From the IMG/VR virus record IMGVR_UViG_3300036981_000286, positions 15,594-79,593 of that record: 64,000 bases of DNA. One strand, written 5' to 3'. The position numbers and the translations under genes were made by a program. The stretch comes from a virus. The notes beneath the pieces are model-generated. The model was not told where the DNA came from, made no database searches, and saw nothing but the letters and a program-made list of their open reading frames with translations. Positions 43,938 to 54,700 of this stretch are shown here, piece by piece (within the stretch, counting starts at the first letter, position 1; every line of letters begins with the position of its first letter).

Positions 43938-46826
43938 ATGGCATACGTAAAACCGCAGGTTCTTGTCTTTCAGGAATTCACTATTGTTCCGACGGAAATC
44001 ACTGAACCGCTGCGCGCACACATTTCCGGCCCGAATGCGATCCTGCATCGCTATTTAAATGCGTCTGAAAAGGCCCTGTCCGGCCTCGGCGCTTACAATT
44101 CGGCCGTTGATACAAATTACGCCTACCCGCAGCGTCGGGCTGGCTCCAAGGTCGATAACGCTTACGTCAAGCTATTTGCTGATAACGCGCTGCTGCGTTA
44201 CCTCGAGCACACCACAGCCAGCGCGGACACGGTTGTTCGCGCGGTCGACGGTAAGCGTAACTGGGTCGAAGCTGTCTCGGCAAATGAGATTGGCTCGCCG
44301 TTGTATTTCAAGGCGAACGGAACATTTGAGCTTAGCGGCGCGTTCTACGACCGCGATGTAAAAATTGGTGACGTGGTCCGCCTGCGCGGCATCGTCGATA
44401 GCGGCGAGACATGCGTAGAGAAAACTTTAGAGACAAGCGTTGCCGGTTTTGCCAGCGAGACGGTTGCCTCTGTAATTAACGCCGCAGTAATGGACAGCGG
44501 TAACGCCGCTGATTTTCTTTCAGAGGGCGGCAACGAAGTGCTGGACAGCGGGCAAATTTCTGGCCCGGTTAATTGCGTTGAAATTTCTGATATTGACGCT
44601 AGCGAGTATGACGGCATTGTTGACGGCGCTCTTAACGAGACGTACACAATTGAAGTAATTAATTCGTCAGTTGCGGGCTGCACAGGTACGCGTATGCGCG
44701 TGCGCTCGGCCAGCGGCCTTGACGATGTTGCCGAGTTAAACCCCGGCAACATCGGGGACGAAATTGTAATCGGCGCGCGTGGGTTAAAAGTTACATTTAG
44801 CGCTCCCGCGAGCCCTACGTGCACAGCGGCAGCCGCTGCGGCTGATATCGTTGCGAATAACTTTGTGATTGGGCAGAAGTGGAGCATCACTGTTCGGCAG
44901 GACTTCACCAAAGTGCGCGCAAAGTCGAACATCAGCGGCAGCTACACTGGCAACTACAACGACACGTATATTTTAGAGTGCGTGAAGGGCGGCTACATCT
45001 CCGGCGGCGGGGAGGGCGACACGCCGCCGCAGGTAAGCGTCCGCACAACCAAGGGCCTCGATTACGCGGCGCCTTTTGAGGTAACGAGCTCTGGCACCGC
45101 AGCCGGTAATTACTTTCCGGTAGGCCAGTACGGCGTAAGCGTTGCTTTCGTAGCCAACAGCGACGGAACATCACCGATTACGGCCATGGTTAAAGGCGAT
45201 AAGTGGTACGTTTCTGTAGTGGCCAGCACGGCCGGCGCTGTAAACAAGCTTATCCTCCGCGACAATCTCCCGACCGACATGCTGGATATTACCAGTCTGG
45301 ACATGAGCCTATTCATCAAAGATGATATTCAAATTTCTGAGAATCGGCTGAACACGACTTCGGGCGTTAATTACGAGCTGGAAGCTACTCAGATTGTTGT
45401 TAAGTCTGGCATGACCGCGTTCCATCCCGAGTGGACGGACGCAGGCACCGCGCTACCGCTGCCTGTTGTGCGTGGGCAGCTGTACCTTGAGTACCGCGAA
45501 TGGGTTGCTGATCTGTGCGACACGGTAGAGTCTATTTCAAGCGTCGGCGACCTTGACGTTATCCCTGGCCAGCTTGACCCTGATAACCCGCTAAAGTGGG
45601 GCGTTTTCAAAGCGCTCTCAAACTCAAACGGAACAGCCGTTAAGTACACGGGCGTATGCGAGCCTGACGATCTGGACAGCTGGGCCGAGGTACTTGAGCG
45701 GCTCACGGGTCGCGACGATCTGTATAACCTCGTGCCGATGACGTTCAACAAGCAGGTGCAGGCGCTATACGCAGCGCACATCAATAACGAGTCGAATGAA
45801 ATCGCGAATAACTGGAAGGCCGGGTTCTTCGGCATTCAGTCCACTGCGACCAAACTCGTAGTCGGCGAGGGCGCGGCCATCGGCGGCGTTTCCGGCAATG
45901 TGTCTGACGCAGTGCTTGCGACTGTCAGCGATAACGACACTGCGAGCGGTGACCAGTTCACGCTGCTTCTAGTAGAAGAGAACAACAGCTACTTTATTAC
46001 AAACGGAGTGGTTCCGGGCGACATCGTTCGCTACGGTTTCGCGGTTAACGGTTTTGGCGAGACAACGTACAGCGAGTACGTTGTTGACGAAGTGCTCTCT
46101 GAGAACTCGCTGCTGCTTTACACAGGTACCGGAGCCCCGGTGACTGAAGCTGAGCGCGTTGAAGTTTGGCACAACCTGAGCCGCACAGAGATGGCCGACG
46201 ATATTGCCACGCAAGCTGGTGCTTGGGGCAATCGGCGGATCGTCGCGGTATGGCCTGATCAGGTTGGTTCCGCCGGTCGTCTGCAGCCCGGGTATTATCT
46301 GGCGGCCGCGCTCGGTGGTCTTGTGTCCGGTGTTGTACCGCATCAAGGCATGACAAACGTTGAAGTTGCGGGTTTTGACGACTACACGCGCTCGTACAAG
46401 ATGTTTAACGAGACGCAGCTTAACCGTATGGCCGAAGCTGGCGTGTGGATCGTAACAGAGGATCGAGACGGCACGCCGTTCACGCGGCACGGCCTCACGA
46501 CCGACAACCTCGACCTCAACCGCCGAGAAGAGATGATTCGACGTAACGTTGACTCGCTGTCGTACCTGTTCCTGCGTCGTCTGCGCCCGTACATCGGCCG
46601 CACAAACGCCACGCCCGGAATGGTCGACTACATCGTGAATCGCGTTAACGAAATCCTCGATTTTCTCGCGACAAGCGGTTACACAGCAGAGCTTGGCTCG
46701 CAGTTAATAAGCGGCGAAATCCGCGTGCTGCGTATTCACCCACTGCTCAAAGACCGGATCGAGGTCGTGCTTGATTTGGTCGTGCCCGCGCCGTTGAACA
46801 ATATTGAACTTCACTTGGTCGTATGA
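43938..46826 (+). CDS. Contractile tail sheath protein
   Basis: N-terminal MAYVKPQVLVFQE; C-terminal RHGLTT...RRNVD...IEVVLDLVVPAPLNNIELHLVV. Confidence 0.85.
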   Translation: MAYVKPQVLVFQEFTIVPTEITEPLRAHISGPNAILHRYLNASEKALSGLGAYNSAVDTNYAYPQRRAGSKVDNAYVKLFADNALLRYLEHTTASADTVVRAVDGKRNWVEAVSANEIGSPLYFKANGTFELSGAFYDRDVKIGDVVRLRGIVDSGETCVEKTLETSVAGFASETVASVINAAVMDSGNAADFLSEGGNEVLDSGQISGPVNCVEISDIDASEYDGIVDGALNETYTIEVINSSVAGCTGTRMRVRSASGLDDVAELNPGNIGDEIVIGARGLKVTFSAPASPTCTAAAAAADIVANNFVIGQKWSITVRQDFTKVRAKSNISGSYTGNYNDTYILECVKGGYISGGGEGDTPPQVSVRTTKGLDYAAPFEVTSSGTAAGNYFPVGQYGVSVAFVANSDGTSPITAMVKGDKWYVSVVASTAGAVNKLILRDNLPTDMLDITSLDMSLFIKDDIQISENRLNTTSGVNYELEATQIVVKSGMTAFHPEWTDAGTALPLPVVRGQLYLEYREWVADLCDTVESISSVGDLDVIPGQLDPDNPLKWGVFKALSNSNGTAVKYTGVCEPDDLDSWAEVLERLTGRDDLYNLVPMTFNKQVQALYAAHINNESNEIANNWKAGFFGIQSTATKLVVGEGAAIGGVSGNVSDAVLATVSDNDTASGDQFTLLLVEENNSYFITNGVVPGDIVRYGFAVNGFGETTYSEYVVDEVLSENSLLLYTGTGAPVTEAERVEVWHNLSRTEMADDIATQAGAWGNRRIVAVWPDQVGSAGRLQPGYYLAAALGGLVSGVVPHQGMTNVEVAGFDDYTRSYKMFNETQLNRMAEAGVWIVTEDRDGTPFTRHGLTTDNLDLNRREEMIRRNVDSLSYLFLRRLRPYIGRTNATPGMVDYIVNRVNEILDFLATSGYTAELGSQLISGEIRVLRIHPLLKDRIEVVLDLVVPAPLNNIELHLVV

Positions 46827-46866
46827 TTTAACGGCGAATCAAACAACAAAGCAACGGAGCTAGAAT

Positions 46867-47415
46867 ATGGCAGATAGAGCAAATATTTTTGAAACCAAAG
46901 ACCAGACAATTGGCGGCGCATTTACCGCTGAAAATTGCACGCTGGACCTTGGCGGCACTACCGGTGCCATTGTACAACGCGTGCAATTCAACATCGAGCG
47001 GCCGATCAACTTTGTTTATGAGATCAGCCCGGAGAACTCCGCTGGACAAAACGTCTATTACATCGGCGGGCGGCGACGAGGCCAGGCCACGTTTGAGCGC
47101 GTCGTAGGCGGCTCAGGTACGTTTAAAGCATTTATCGATAACTATGGACCTTTGTGCGCAGCGAAGGGTGCAGACATTATACTTAAAGCTAAGGGCGGGT
47201 GCGCGATTGGCGGCAGCAGCCCCCTCGCCAACAGCAAAACGATTACGTACACCCTCAAAGTCCCGAAGATCACAGCGCTAGGCGGTAGCGTATCGGCACA
47301 AGATATCATAATCATGGAGACGGTGCAGATGGTCTTCCTTGAGCTGAAGTACGAAGAGACAGCCGCCGGCGGTGGTGCGGAACGCGGCGGCGGCGAGATC
47401 GGGGCGACTATTTAA
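46867..47415 (+). CDS. Tail tube protein
   Basis: Follows the sheath; pattern VQRVQFNIERPINFVYEI...GQATFERVVG. Confidence 0.7.
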   Translation: MADRANIFETKDQTIGGAFTAENCTLDLGGTTGAIVQRVQFNIERPINFVYEISPENSAGQNVYYIGGRRRGQATFERVVGGSGTFKAFIDNYGPLCAAKGADIILKAKGGCAIGGSSPLANSKTITYTLKVPKITALGGSVSAQDIIIMETVQMVFLELKYEETAAGGGAERGGGEIGATI

Positions 47416-47427
47416 TTACAAAACCAA

Positions 47428-47580
47428 GAGCGGCGGTTGCTTAAAACACAGCCGCCGCTTATGGTATTGGGCAGTAATGCCCGGGGCTTCGGCCCATAAC
47501 CTGACCCTAGTGGTTGTAAAATGCTCGATAGACGAAATCGCGCAGAGCCGTTGCCGGGCTCTGGTGAGCGCGAGCACCGC
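47428..47580 (+). promoter_or_regulatory. Terminator-like hairpin plus a cluster of tetraloop hairpins (structured leader)
   Basis: Stem 47428-47439/47449-47460; GGGCA-GTAA-TGCCC; GGGC-TTCG-GCCC; CAGAGCC/GGCTCTG. Confidence 0.5.
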
Positions 47581-50358
47581 TTAGAGACTGTAGCAGGCAG
47601 CAAAGGCGGCTCGACAGCTCACGAAAGTAATTTAACGCCAACTGCCGACCCGCGCAGTCGTTACACTTCGTACGCCACAAGCTTCGGCAACAACGGCCAG
47701 CTGCTCATCGGCGAGATCGTAGACGGCACGCCGTTAGCTAATTGCTACCGCGTGCAGTTTGAGCGCGGGACAATGCCGATTATCTGCACTGAAATAGGCG
47801 GCACCAGTCAGACATCTATCGGCGCCGTAGAAATTAAAGCTTACGTTCCCGGCACCTTAGTGCTGGCTTACAGGCATAATACGCAACCGCACGGGCTTAT
47901 TTTTGGCGTGGTGCCCGAGCCAGCGACAGTCGGCCGAGAATCTGTTCACGACTGGATTACGCAAGCGTCCAGAAACCGGGTAGATGAAGCGCAAAAACGT
48001 TATCTTAACATGGTAGATAGCGGCGGCCTTGCTAACTACAGCTGCTGGAAACCTTTTGACGGCACGCAGGCTGGCGAGTGGGGCGCGATTACGACTACCG
48101 GGCTGAAAGTCACACTTGACGATTTTATGGTCCAGATGGCCGTAAATGAGTTTACGGGTGTATTTGGTTTCTATCACGATCAGCTATTGCGCGTCAGCGG
48201 TTACAACCTGCAAACGTGGACTGCCGGCCACGAACGTGACGCGTTCATGGACGAGGCAGAATATAACGATACGCAGGGTTATTCGCCGTATCCTTGGGAA
48301 GCGATGGGCGCGCTGAATCCCGGACAAGATATTATTCAAGAATATGAGCACAATACGTTTGCGGTCTCAGGCGGACGGCCGTATTACGCGCACTGGGAAA
48401 ACAAATACGAAAATCTCCAGCCTTTTCACAGAACCCAGCAGTTTTACGGCTATTACGGACAGGGCGGCCGGACTGTCGTTTCAGCCCCGCCAAAAGATCT
48501 CGATTGGTGGGTCTACAAGCTTGAAAAAGGCGGAGAACCGTCAGCGCCGTACGCGTCAACAATAGTTAACGCGCAAATCACGGAAGAAGTGCCAGCTAAT
48601 CCGGGAAGTCCTAAGCCCACCCAAGACTTCCAAGAAGACTCACCACCGATCGGGCTATCTGAAGACAATACTGCAATGGACGGCCGGCGTTTTATAGCGT
48701 CGGCTAAAGGCATTACGTTAGCTAAACGTTTATTGCTGCCAGTACCCGGGCGTATGCGTCGCCCAGAGAACGGCGTCGGCGACTCAAAGGATAACTATAA
48801 GTTTGCCGGAAAAGAAGGCGACGGCCCAGAACACAAAATTACAGGCGATATTGAAGCCACTGACGCGCTACCAAACATGCAGCGTGCCGCCGGCATTTTA
48901 GACCTGCACGGTTACTTGTTTAACTACGTCGGGCTGCACCCGTTTCACTGGCACTACAAAGATTACAAGACGTGGGAACAAAGCGAGTTGCAGCACGCGC
49001 AGTACAACCACCAAGTGCCAGATTACACAAAGCTTAAGGGCTCAATGTATTTAACTGAGCCCGGGCACCAAAACATTGACATTGATCACCGGTACAAAAA
49101 TCAAAAGTTTTATCAGTCTGAGTCGTTTATTTCTTTACTGGAAGACGGCGCTATCGTTATCGGCGACGGCTATGGCGCCGAGATTCGCATGTGTGCCGGC
49201 AGCATTATTATCTCAGCCCCGGGCGATGTCTGGCTTAAGCCCGGCAAAAACGCGCAAGTGTGGGCCGGACGGGACATCATACACCGAGCCCACGGCGCAA
49301 TCGATATCTCCACGACCGAAAAAAGCGTACGTATAAAAGCCGAAAAAGACGTAATGATTTTGGCCGGTAATGACCAGACAAAAAACGGCGGTGTGCTTAT
49401 TGAAAGCCGCGCTAGTACGGAATCTATGGATTTCGCAAGTCCGAAAACTGGAGACGCGGTTTCTTTTGGCGGTATCGTATTGCGGGCGCCAGACTCCAAC
49501 GTCGTGGCGCAATCGCAGAACGTGTACCTCCGGTCTGGCGGCGGTGAGAGCCGGATTAAACCCGGAACAATTACGCTCGACGCCGGCAAGGGCGAAACGG
49601 ACATAATCACAGTCTCAAATAACATGCGGCATTACGTCGGCAAAGACGGCCAAATTTCGCACTTCTTTAGCCGCGCAGATATTGACGAGCCGCAAATTGG
49701 GAATCTGTTTACAGGCAAAGAAAACGTCCTTGCCGGCACGACATACGTGGAAGGCGATATTTACGCTACTGGCGGCCTAATGGCGCCTGAGTTCTTGTAT
49801 TCGTACGGCACCGTAACAGGTCGCGATATGTTCGTCGCGCCGTGTAAGGACGAGTGCCACCAAGCGCTGCAGGAAGCGGCAGATAAGATTACAGACTACG
49901 TACGCAATAAGTTGCCGGACTACGCAAGAAAAGAATACGAGTCCAAGCTTGAAAACAGGTGGTACGGCGAAAAACGGGCAGGCAATGACACAGTTCTCGA
50001 TATTGCCGGTTTCTCGTTTCGGTCTGATAAAGACTATCGCGTTGATTCTGACTTTGAGTTATTCGAGGATCGCTGGCAGCAGTATGCGCGCATTGCCGGC
50101 CAGAGCACAGGGACGTGGAAAGAAAAGTCTGTACTGGACGGTAACGGCGTGGAGTCGTGGCCATTCCCAGGTAAAAAGAAATTTGACGAACCAATTTTCA
50201 GACAACAAGAGTTTACAATCGTCGAGGCGACTGGCGCTGGATTTAGAGACAAAGACAGGAACTCAGGCTCCGGCGATCTGGCGGACGTCTACAAAACACC
50301 CAAATTTAAAAACTCTGAAACAAAGACGATTAATGACGGATACATGATCATCGAATAA
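47521..50358 (+). CDS. Putative baseplate central spike (gp5/VgrG-like)
   Basis: OB-fold-like N-region and beta-helix-like repeats SFISLLEDGAIVIGDGYGAEIRMCAGSIIISAPGD. Confidence 0.55.
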   Translation: MLDRRNRAEPLPGSGEREHRLETVAGSKGGSTAHESNLTPTADPRSRYTSYATSFGNNGQLLIGEIVDGTPLANCYRVQFERGTMPIICTEIGGTSQTSIGAVEIKAYVPGTLVLAYRHNTQPHGLIFGVVPEPATVGRESVHDWITQASRNRVDEAQKRYLNMVDSGGLANYSCWKPFDGTQAGEWGAITTTGLKVTLDDFMVQMAVNEFTGVFGFYHDQLLRVSGYNLQTWTAGHERDAFMDEAEYNDTQGYSPYPWEAMGALNPGQDIIQEYEHNTFAVSGGRPYYAHWENKYENLQPFHRTQQFYGYYGQGGRTVVSAPPKDLDWWVYKLEKGGEPSAPYASTIVNAQITEEVPANPGSPKPTQDFQEDSPPIGLSEDNTAMDGRRFIASAKGITLAKRLLLPVPGRMRRPENGVGDSKDNYKFAGKEGDGPEHKITGDIEATDALPNMQRAAGILDLHGYLFNYVGLHPFHWHYKDYKTWEQSELQHAQYNHQVPDYTKLKGSMYLTEPGHQNIDIDHRYKNQKFYQSESFISLLEDGAIVIGDGYGAEIRMCAGSIIISAPGDVWLKPGKNAQVWAGRDIIHRAHGAIDISTTEKSVRIKAEKDVMILAGNDQTKNGGVLIESRASTESMDFASPKTGDAVSFGGIVLRAPDSNVVAQSQNVYLRSGGGESRIKPGTITLDAGKGETDIITVSNNMRHYVGKDGQISHFFSRADIDEPQIGNLFTGKENVLAGTTYVEGDIYATGGLMAPEFLYSYGTVTGRDMFVAPCKDECHQALQEAADKITDYVRNKLPDYARKEYESKLENRWYGEKRAGNDTVLDIAGFSFRSDKDYRVDSDFELFEDRWQQYARIAGQSTGTWKEKSVLDGNGVESWPFPGKKKFDEPIFRQQEFTIVEATGAGFRDKDRNSGSGDLADVYKTPKFKNSETKTINDGYMIIE

Positions 50359-50369
50359 AAGGAGCCAAG

Positions 50370-51365
50370 ATGGCCGAGTATATGTCGGAGCTGACGAAAA
50401 AGACGCTGCAGCAATTTGGGTGGCAGCTAGGCGAGCCAGTTCCAGAGAACATGGGCGAGTTGCTTGCCGGTATTCACGAACGTACACCGGCTAGTAAAGT
50501 GCCCGGGCTATACGTAGACGCCAGCGCCATGAGCGAAAAAGACGTAGAGCTAATAAAGCAGAAACTCGCGGCTGCAAAAGTACGAGCTATAGCAGATCAA
50601 GAACGCGCGGAGAAAGAAAAGAAGACAGCGGGCATGTCGCAGAACATGCGCGAGTTATACGAGAAAGTATCGGAAATGGAGGCTGGGCCGGCAATCATTG
50701 ACGACCGAGCCACAGCGCCTGCCGACACGCAAGAAGCGGCCGCAGAAATCCAAGCAAGCGCAACAGCGGCGCCCGTCCCGCCAATTGTGACTGAACCACC
50801 CGAGCCGCCCGTAAATTTACTGGCGCCTGTTATTGAGCCGTTCTGCCCGCGTTGCAGCTGGGATATGCGGCAAAAATATGAAAGTAACCCAACTGAAGTT
50901 GATAAAGAAATATTTATGGCCAGCATTCTTGGCGGCACACGAATGCATAAAAATTACTCGATTATGGGCGGGCGCTACAACATTAAGTTTCGCGGCCTGT
51001 TAGCTGAAGAGAACAGACAAATACACCATCAAATGCTGTTGGACCAGAAACGCGACGGCTTCGGCAGCGACACAGAATGGTTCCTGCGCTTTTTCGAGTA
51101 TAGGCTTGCTTGTTCAATAGAGGCGGTTGTAGTTGACGACAAAGTAATCGCGCTCGTGCCTGAACTGGAAAACGTCGCTGGCGTGGAGCTTCCAAACAAA
51201 ACAGACAATAAAGAGTTAGACCCCTTAACCCGTTTGCGGAATTACGTGGTTTTGGACGTGTTAAAAATAGAGGTTACCCGCAGATTAGTTTGCAACCAGT
51301 TTCGGCAATTTCAGCGGCTGTATGAAGCAATGGAGGCCATGGCGCTAGAGCCAAATTTTTGGTGA
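50370..51365 (+). CDS. Tail assembly chaperone (G-like)
   Basis: Upstream of the tape measure; IKFRGLLAEE; ends EPNFW at a slippery site. Confidence 0.65.
   Translation: MAEYMSELTKKTLQQFGWQLGEPVPENMGELLAGIHERTPASKVPGLYVDASAMSEKDVELIKQKLAAAKVRAIADQERAEKEKKTAGMSQNMRELYEKVSEMEAGPAIIDDRATAPADTQEAAAEIQASATAAPVPPIVTEPPEPPVNLLAPVIEPFCPRCSWDMRQKYESNPTEVDKEIFMASILGGTRMHKNYSIMGGRYNIKFRGLLAEENRQIHHQMLLDQKRDGFGSDTEWFLRFFEYRLACSIEAVVVDDKVIALVPELENVAGVELPNKTDNKELDPLTRLRNYVVLDVLKIEVTRRLVCNQFRQFQRLYEAMEAMALEPNFW
51353..51359 (+). other. Programmed -1 ribosomal frameshift site
   Basis: A AAT TTT (X XXY YYZ) in frame, just before TGG TGA; the -1 frame is open to 51772. Confidence 0.75.
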
Positions 51366-51772
51366 GGGATCGAATCGCTGCGCTAATGGTGCGGGCCGCT
51401 GCATCGGGCGCTATAGATTACGCGAAATGCGATCCCTATGACAGCAAGTGGCGAGTAAAGCACGTTTTAATTATGCGTGAAATGGCGCGGCAAGAGGACA
51501 GCAAGTTAATCGCTGCGGCGCATAATCACTGGCTAGCTTACGTTAGCCACAGCAATTTGGAGGCGGACAGCTGGCAAAATATGAAATCACGGGCAGCTGC
51601 GGCTTTAGAGCAAATCCAGGCCAATATATTCCCGTGGATTGAGGTCGAGGAAAAGTCGAGTAAAAACGATACAATAGACGGAAAATACGGGCATTTAATA
51701 GCGCAATATCGGGCTCTGGTCGCTAGCCAACAACCGCCGGCCGAAGAAGAAATTAAAGACGCGGGAAGTTAA
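51359..51772 (+). CDS. Tail assembly chaperone extension (T-like), probably made as a frameshift fusion
   Basis: -1 frame relative to the upstream gene; stops 2 nt before the tape measure ATG. Confidence 0.65.
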   Translation: MVRDRIAALMVRAAASGAIDYAKCDPYDSKWRVKHVLIMREMARQEDSKLIAAAHNHWLAYVSHSNLEADSWQNMKSRAAAALEQIQANIFPWIEVEEKSSKNDTIDGKYGHLIAQYRALVASQQPPAEEEIKDAGS

Positions 51773-51774
51773 CT

Positions 51775-54700
51775 ATGGCTGAGCCGTTTAACCCAGCGAT
51801 GCAAGGCTACGGCAATCAGCAGCCGATAATGGGCACCCCTCGGCCCATGTTTAACTCGCTTGGGACCGGAAACCCGCAAATAGATCTTGCTTTTGCGCAG
51901 TTTGGCATGCCAATGCTGCAGCAGTTTATGGGCGGCGCTTTTATTCCAGAGCAGTTTCCGGCTCAAAGCGTAATGGATCAAATGGCGTCCTCGAAATATA
52001 TGCAGGCGTCCCGGGCGGCAGAGCAGTCTGCGCGGGACCGCGGCACCGGAATCATGTTCCAGCAGTTTAAGGGCATCCGTAACAGGTTTGACGACAAACC
52101 GTTGAGTCCGCTGGGCGCCTCGCAGTTAAACAACCTTGCCGGGACTGTAAATAGTCAGTTCGGCATGATGATGTCTGAAATGCTGATCGGGGCGCAAAAC
52201 ACTGAAGATTTATTTTTTGGGCGGCGTGGAGATCCGGTGCAGCTCCAACGCGCTGTAAATCAGGTAGGCTTTTCCCGCCCAGACAGTGTTAACGGGACAG
52301 ACTCAATGAGCGGCGAGTCGCTAACTGAGTTTTCAGACGCGCTGTATGGCAATCTATACGGCCCAGACGCTGACCTGAACGATGTGTCTGGTTTTTCTGC
52401 TGGGCGCGTCGGCGGCATGATGGCGGACCTATCGCGCCGCGGGCTTCTACCGCAAAGTGTTAGCAAAATGGGCGATAGCGCGCGGCAAAAAGAACTGGCA
52501 GGGGCGGCGCCGGATTCAGACGTCGGTAAAACTATCGGCGGGTTTTCAAAAGAGATCCAAGACGCAATTGCAAATAACTCGCCGCTTGAAGACATAGAGA
52601 AATTGACCGGCGGCTCACAGGCTATCCGAAAAATAGACGCGAGCCGGGTGGCAAGCTCGTTAAAGGGCTACACCGAGGCTGTTGCTTCCGTTAGACAAAT
52701 CTTCGGCGACAACGGTATTAGCAATGCTCCGATGGGCCAGCTTATAGCGGCTATGGAAGCGCTGACGCAAAACTCAATGACGACGATGAGCCCCGGCAAG
52801 ATTGAAAATTTAATGCGGCGGACACAATTAGCGTCGCGCGACTCTGGCGTTAGTTTAGAGGCGCTTATGGGGCTGTCTGCTCGTGGCGGTGCGCTTGCGC
52901 AGCAGTACGGGTTAACGCCTGAAATGGCGGCCCAGAACTCGATACGCGCCATGGAGCAGGGCCGCGCTATGAAAGACACCGACGCGTTTTTGCCGGGCTT
53001 CGGCCGCATTGACCCTGACAAAGCCGTGCTTGAAGCGCTGGATTCTGGTATGCGCGGCGATGCGTCTATGACTGGAAAATATCTTGGCGCAATGGCCCGA
53101 GCCGTCGCCGAAGACCCAAATTTAAAAAACAGCGAAGCTGCCAAAATGGTAGCTGCGTTAGAGCGCGGAGAAACTACGTATAACAACGGCACAGACACCG
53201 TAAATATTATGGATGAGTTTGCCCGCCGCCCGGGAGAATTTTTTGGAAGGCTACGCGAGCAAGCTGGGTTATCAGCCTCGCATTTTGACTCGCTGGTGCG
53301 TGATCCAAATTCACAAGAGTATTTAATTCCGCTTGCGGGCGCTGTAGCTGGCGCGCAAGGCGCTGAGTACAAGAAATACATTGAGAACAATTTTGCGGGT
53401 AATGCTGATCTGCTGCAGCGGATAAAAGACCCGAACATGAGCGACGAGCAACGGTTGAATTTAATGCAAACTGTGGGCAGCGGATTTTCTCGCGCCGTTA
53501 TTGACGATGTAAATACAACCATGACCGGCGAAGAACGTGTAGATACGCTATACACCGCTATGCGCTCGTCGATGATGGATTACGTAAAAGAAAACCGCAA
53601 AGATCTCACAGATCCGGCTGACATCGTGACCGAGGCTAATAGATTGCTGATCGGGCGGGAGGGTATGTTTGCAAACGAGGCCGAAGCGCGAAATTATGTC
53701 TCGCAGCAGTACGCCGAGACCGGAATTTTTACTCAAGGCGCGTTTAACATGGGCCTGCCAGAGATGCAACAACGGTTTAACTCGCGTACAGCGTCGGCCA
53801 CCGCAGCCCGCCGGCGCAGAAACATAACGCGCGCCGGGCTGGAGTTCAACCTCGACGACGGCAGCAATATGCTGCAGCGCTTTTCAGACATGCTTGGCAG
53901 CAACAGCTCGGCGTCTGCGCTTGAGCAAGTTTTGGGTTCTATAGATTCCGTACAGCAGACTAAAGCAGTGATGGCCGGCTTAGCTGAAAATGACCCAAGG
54001 TTAGAAACGGCGTTTGCAGATCTCCGCGGGCAGTACGCTGACGCCACGATAAACACAGAAAAAGAAAAGGCTGATTTTGCAGCTGAGGTGACTGGTGGCA
54101 AAATTAGTATGGCCGAGTTTAAAAAACGCTTCGAGGGCACCGGGGAGAACTTTGAAGGCAAAGATAAATTTGTGTCTGATGATGCGCTTGTTACGCGTAT
54201 GGCAACTATTGCTAAAGATGAAACAACAGCCGGCGCGTTCAAACAGATGTATAGCACCCTAACTGGCGTCAGCGCGGCAGGGGCAGCTGCTGTATTTCAA
54301 GACGTAAACAGCGAAGAAGCGCAAGCTGCATTTAAACGTCTTGCTGCGCACAAAGACCTGCAAAGCTACAGCGCCGACCGCGGTTTAGGCATTGTGCACG
54401 CCGGTGAGCTTACGCACGCAAACGCTGTTGAAGCGATCAATAGGTCAGACGCGTGGCACGCCGGCGTTGACGATCAAGATAAAAAACGTATAGGCGCAAT
54501 TGGCAAGCTTGGGCGCCAAATGGACGTAGGTGATATTAACGCAAGTACACTACTTGAGAGTTACGGCGTTGATCTTGCTGGAAAAACAAAGTCTACCGAC
54601 GCTTTAACTAAGTTTATTTCCGAATCTGGTAATATCGACGACCTTAAAACGGCGCTTACCGAAGACAAAGTTGACCCAGCACAAGCCGAGAAAATTGCAG

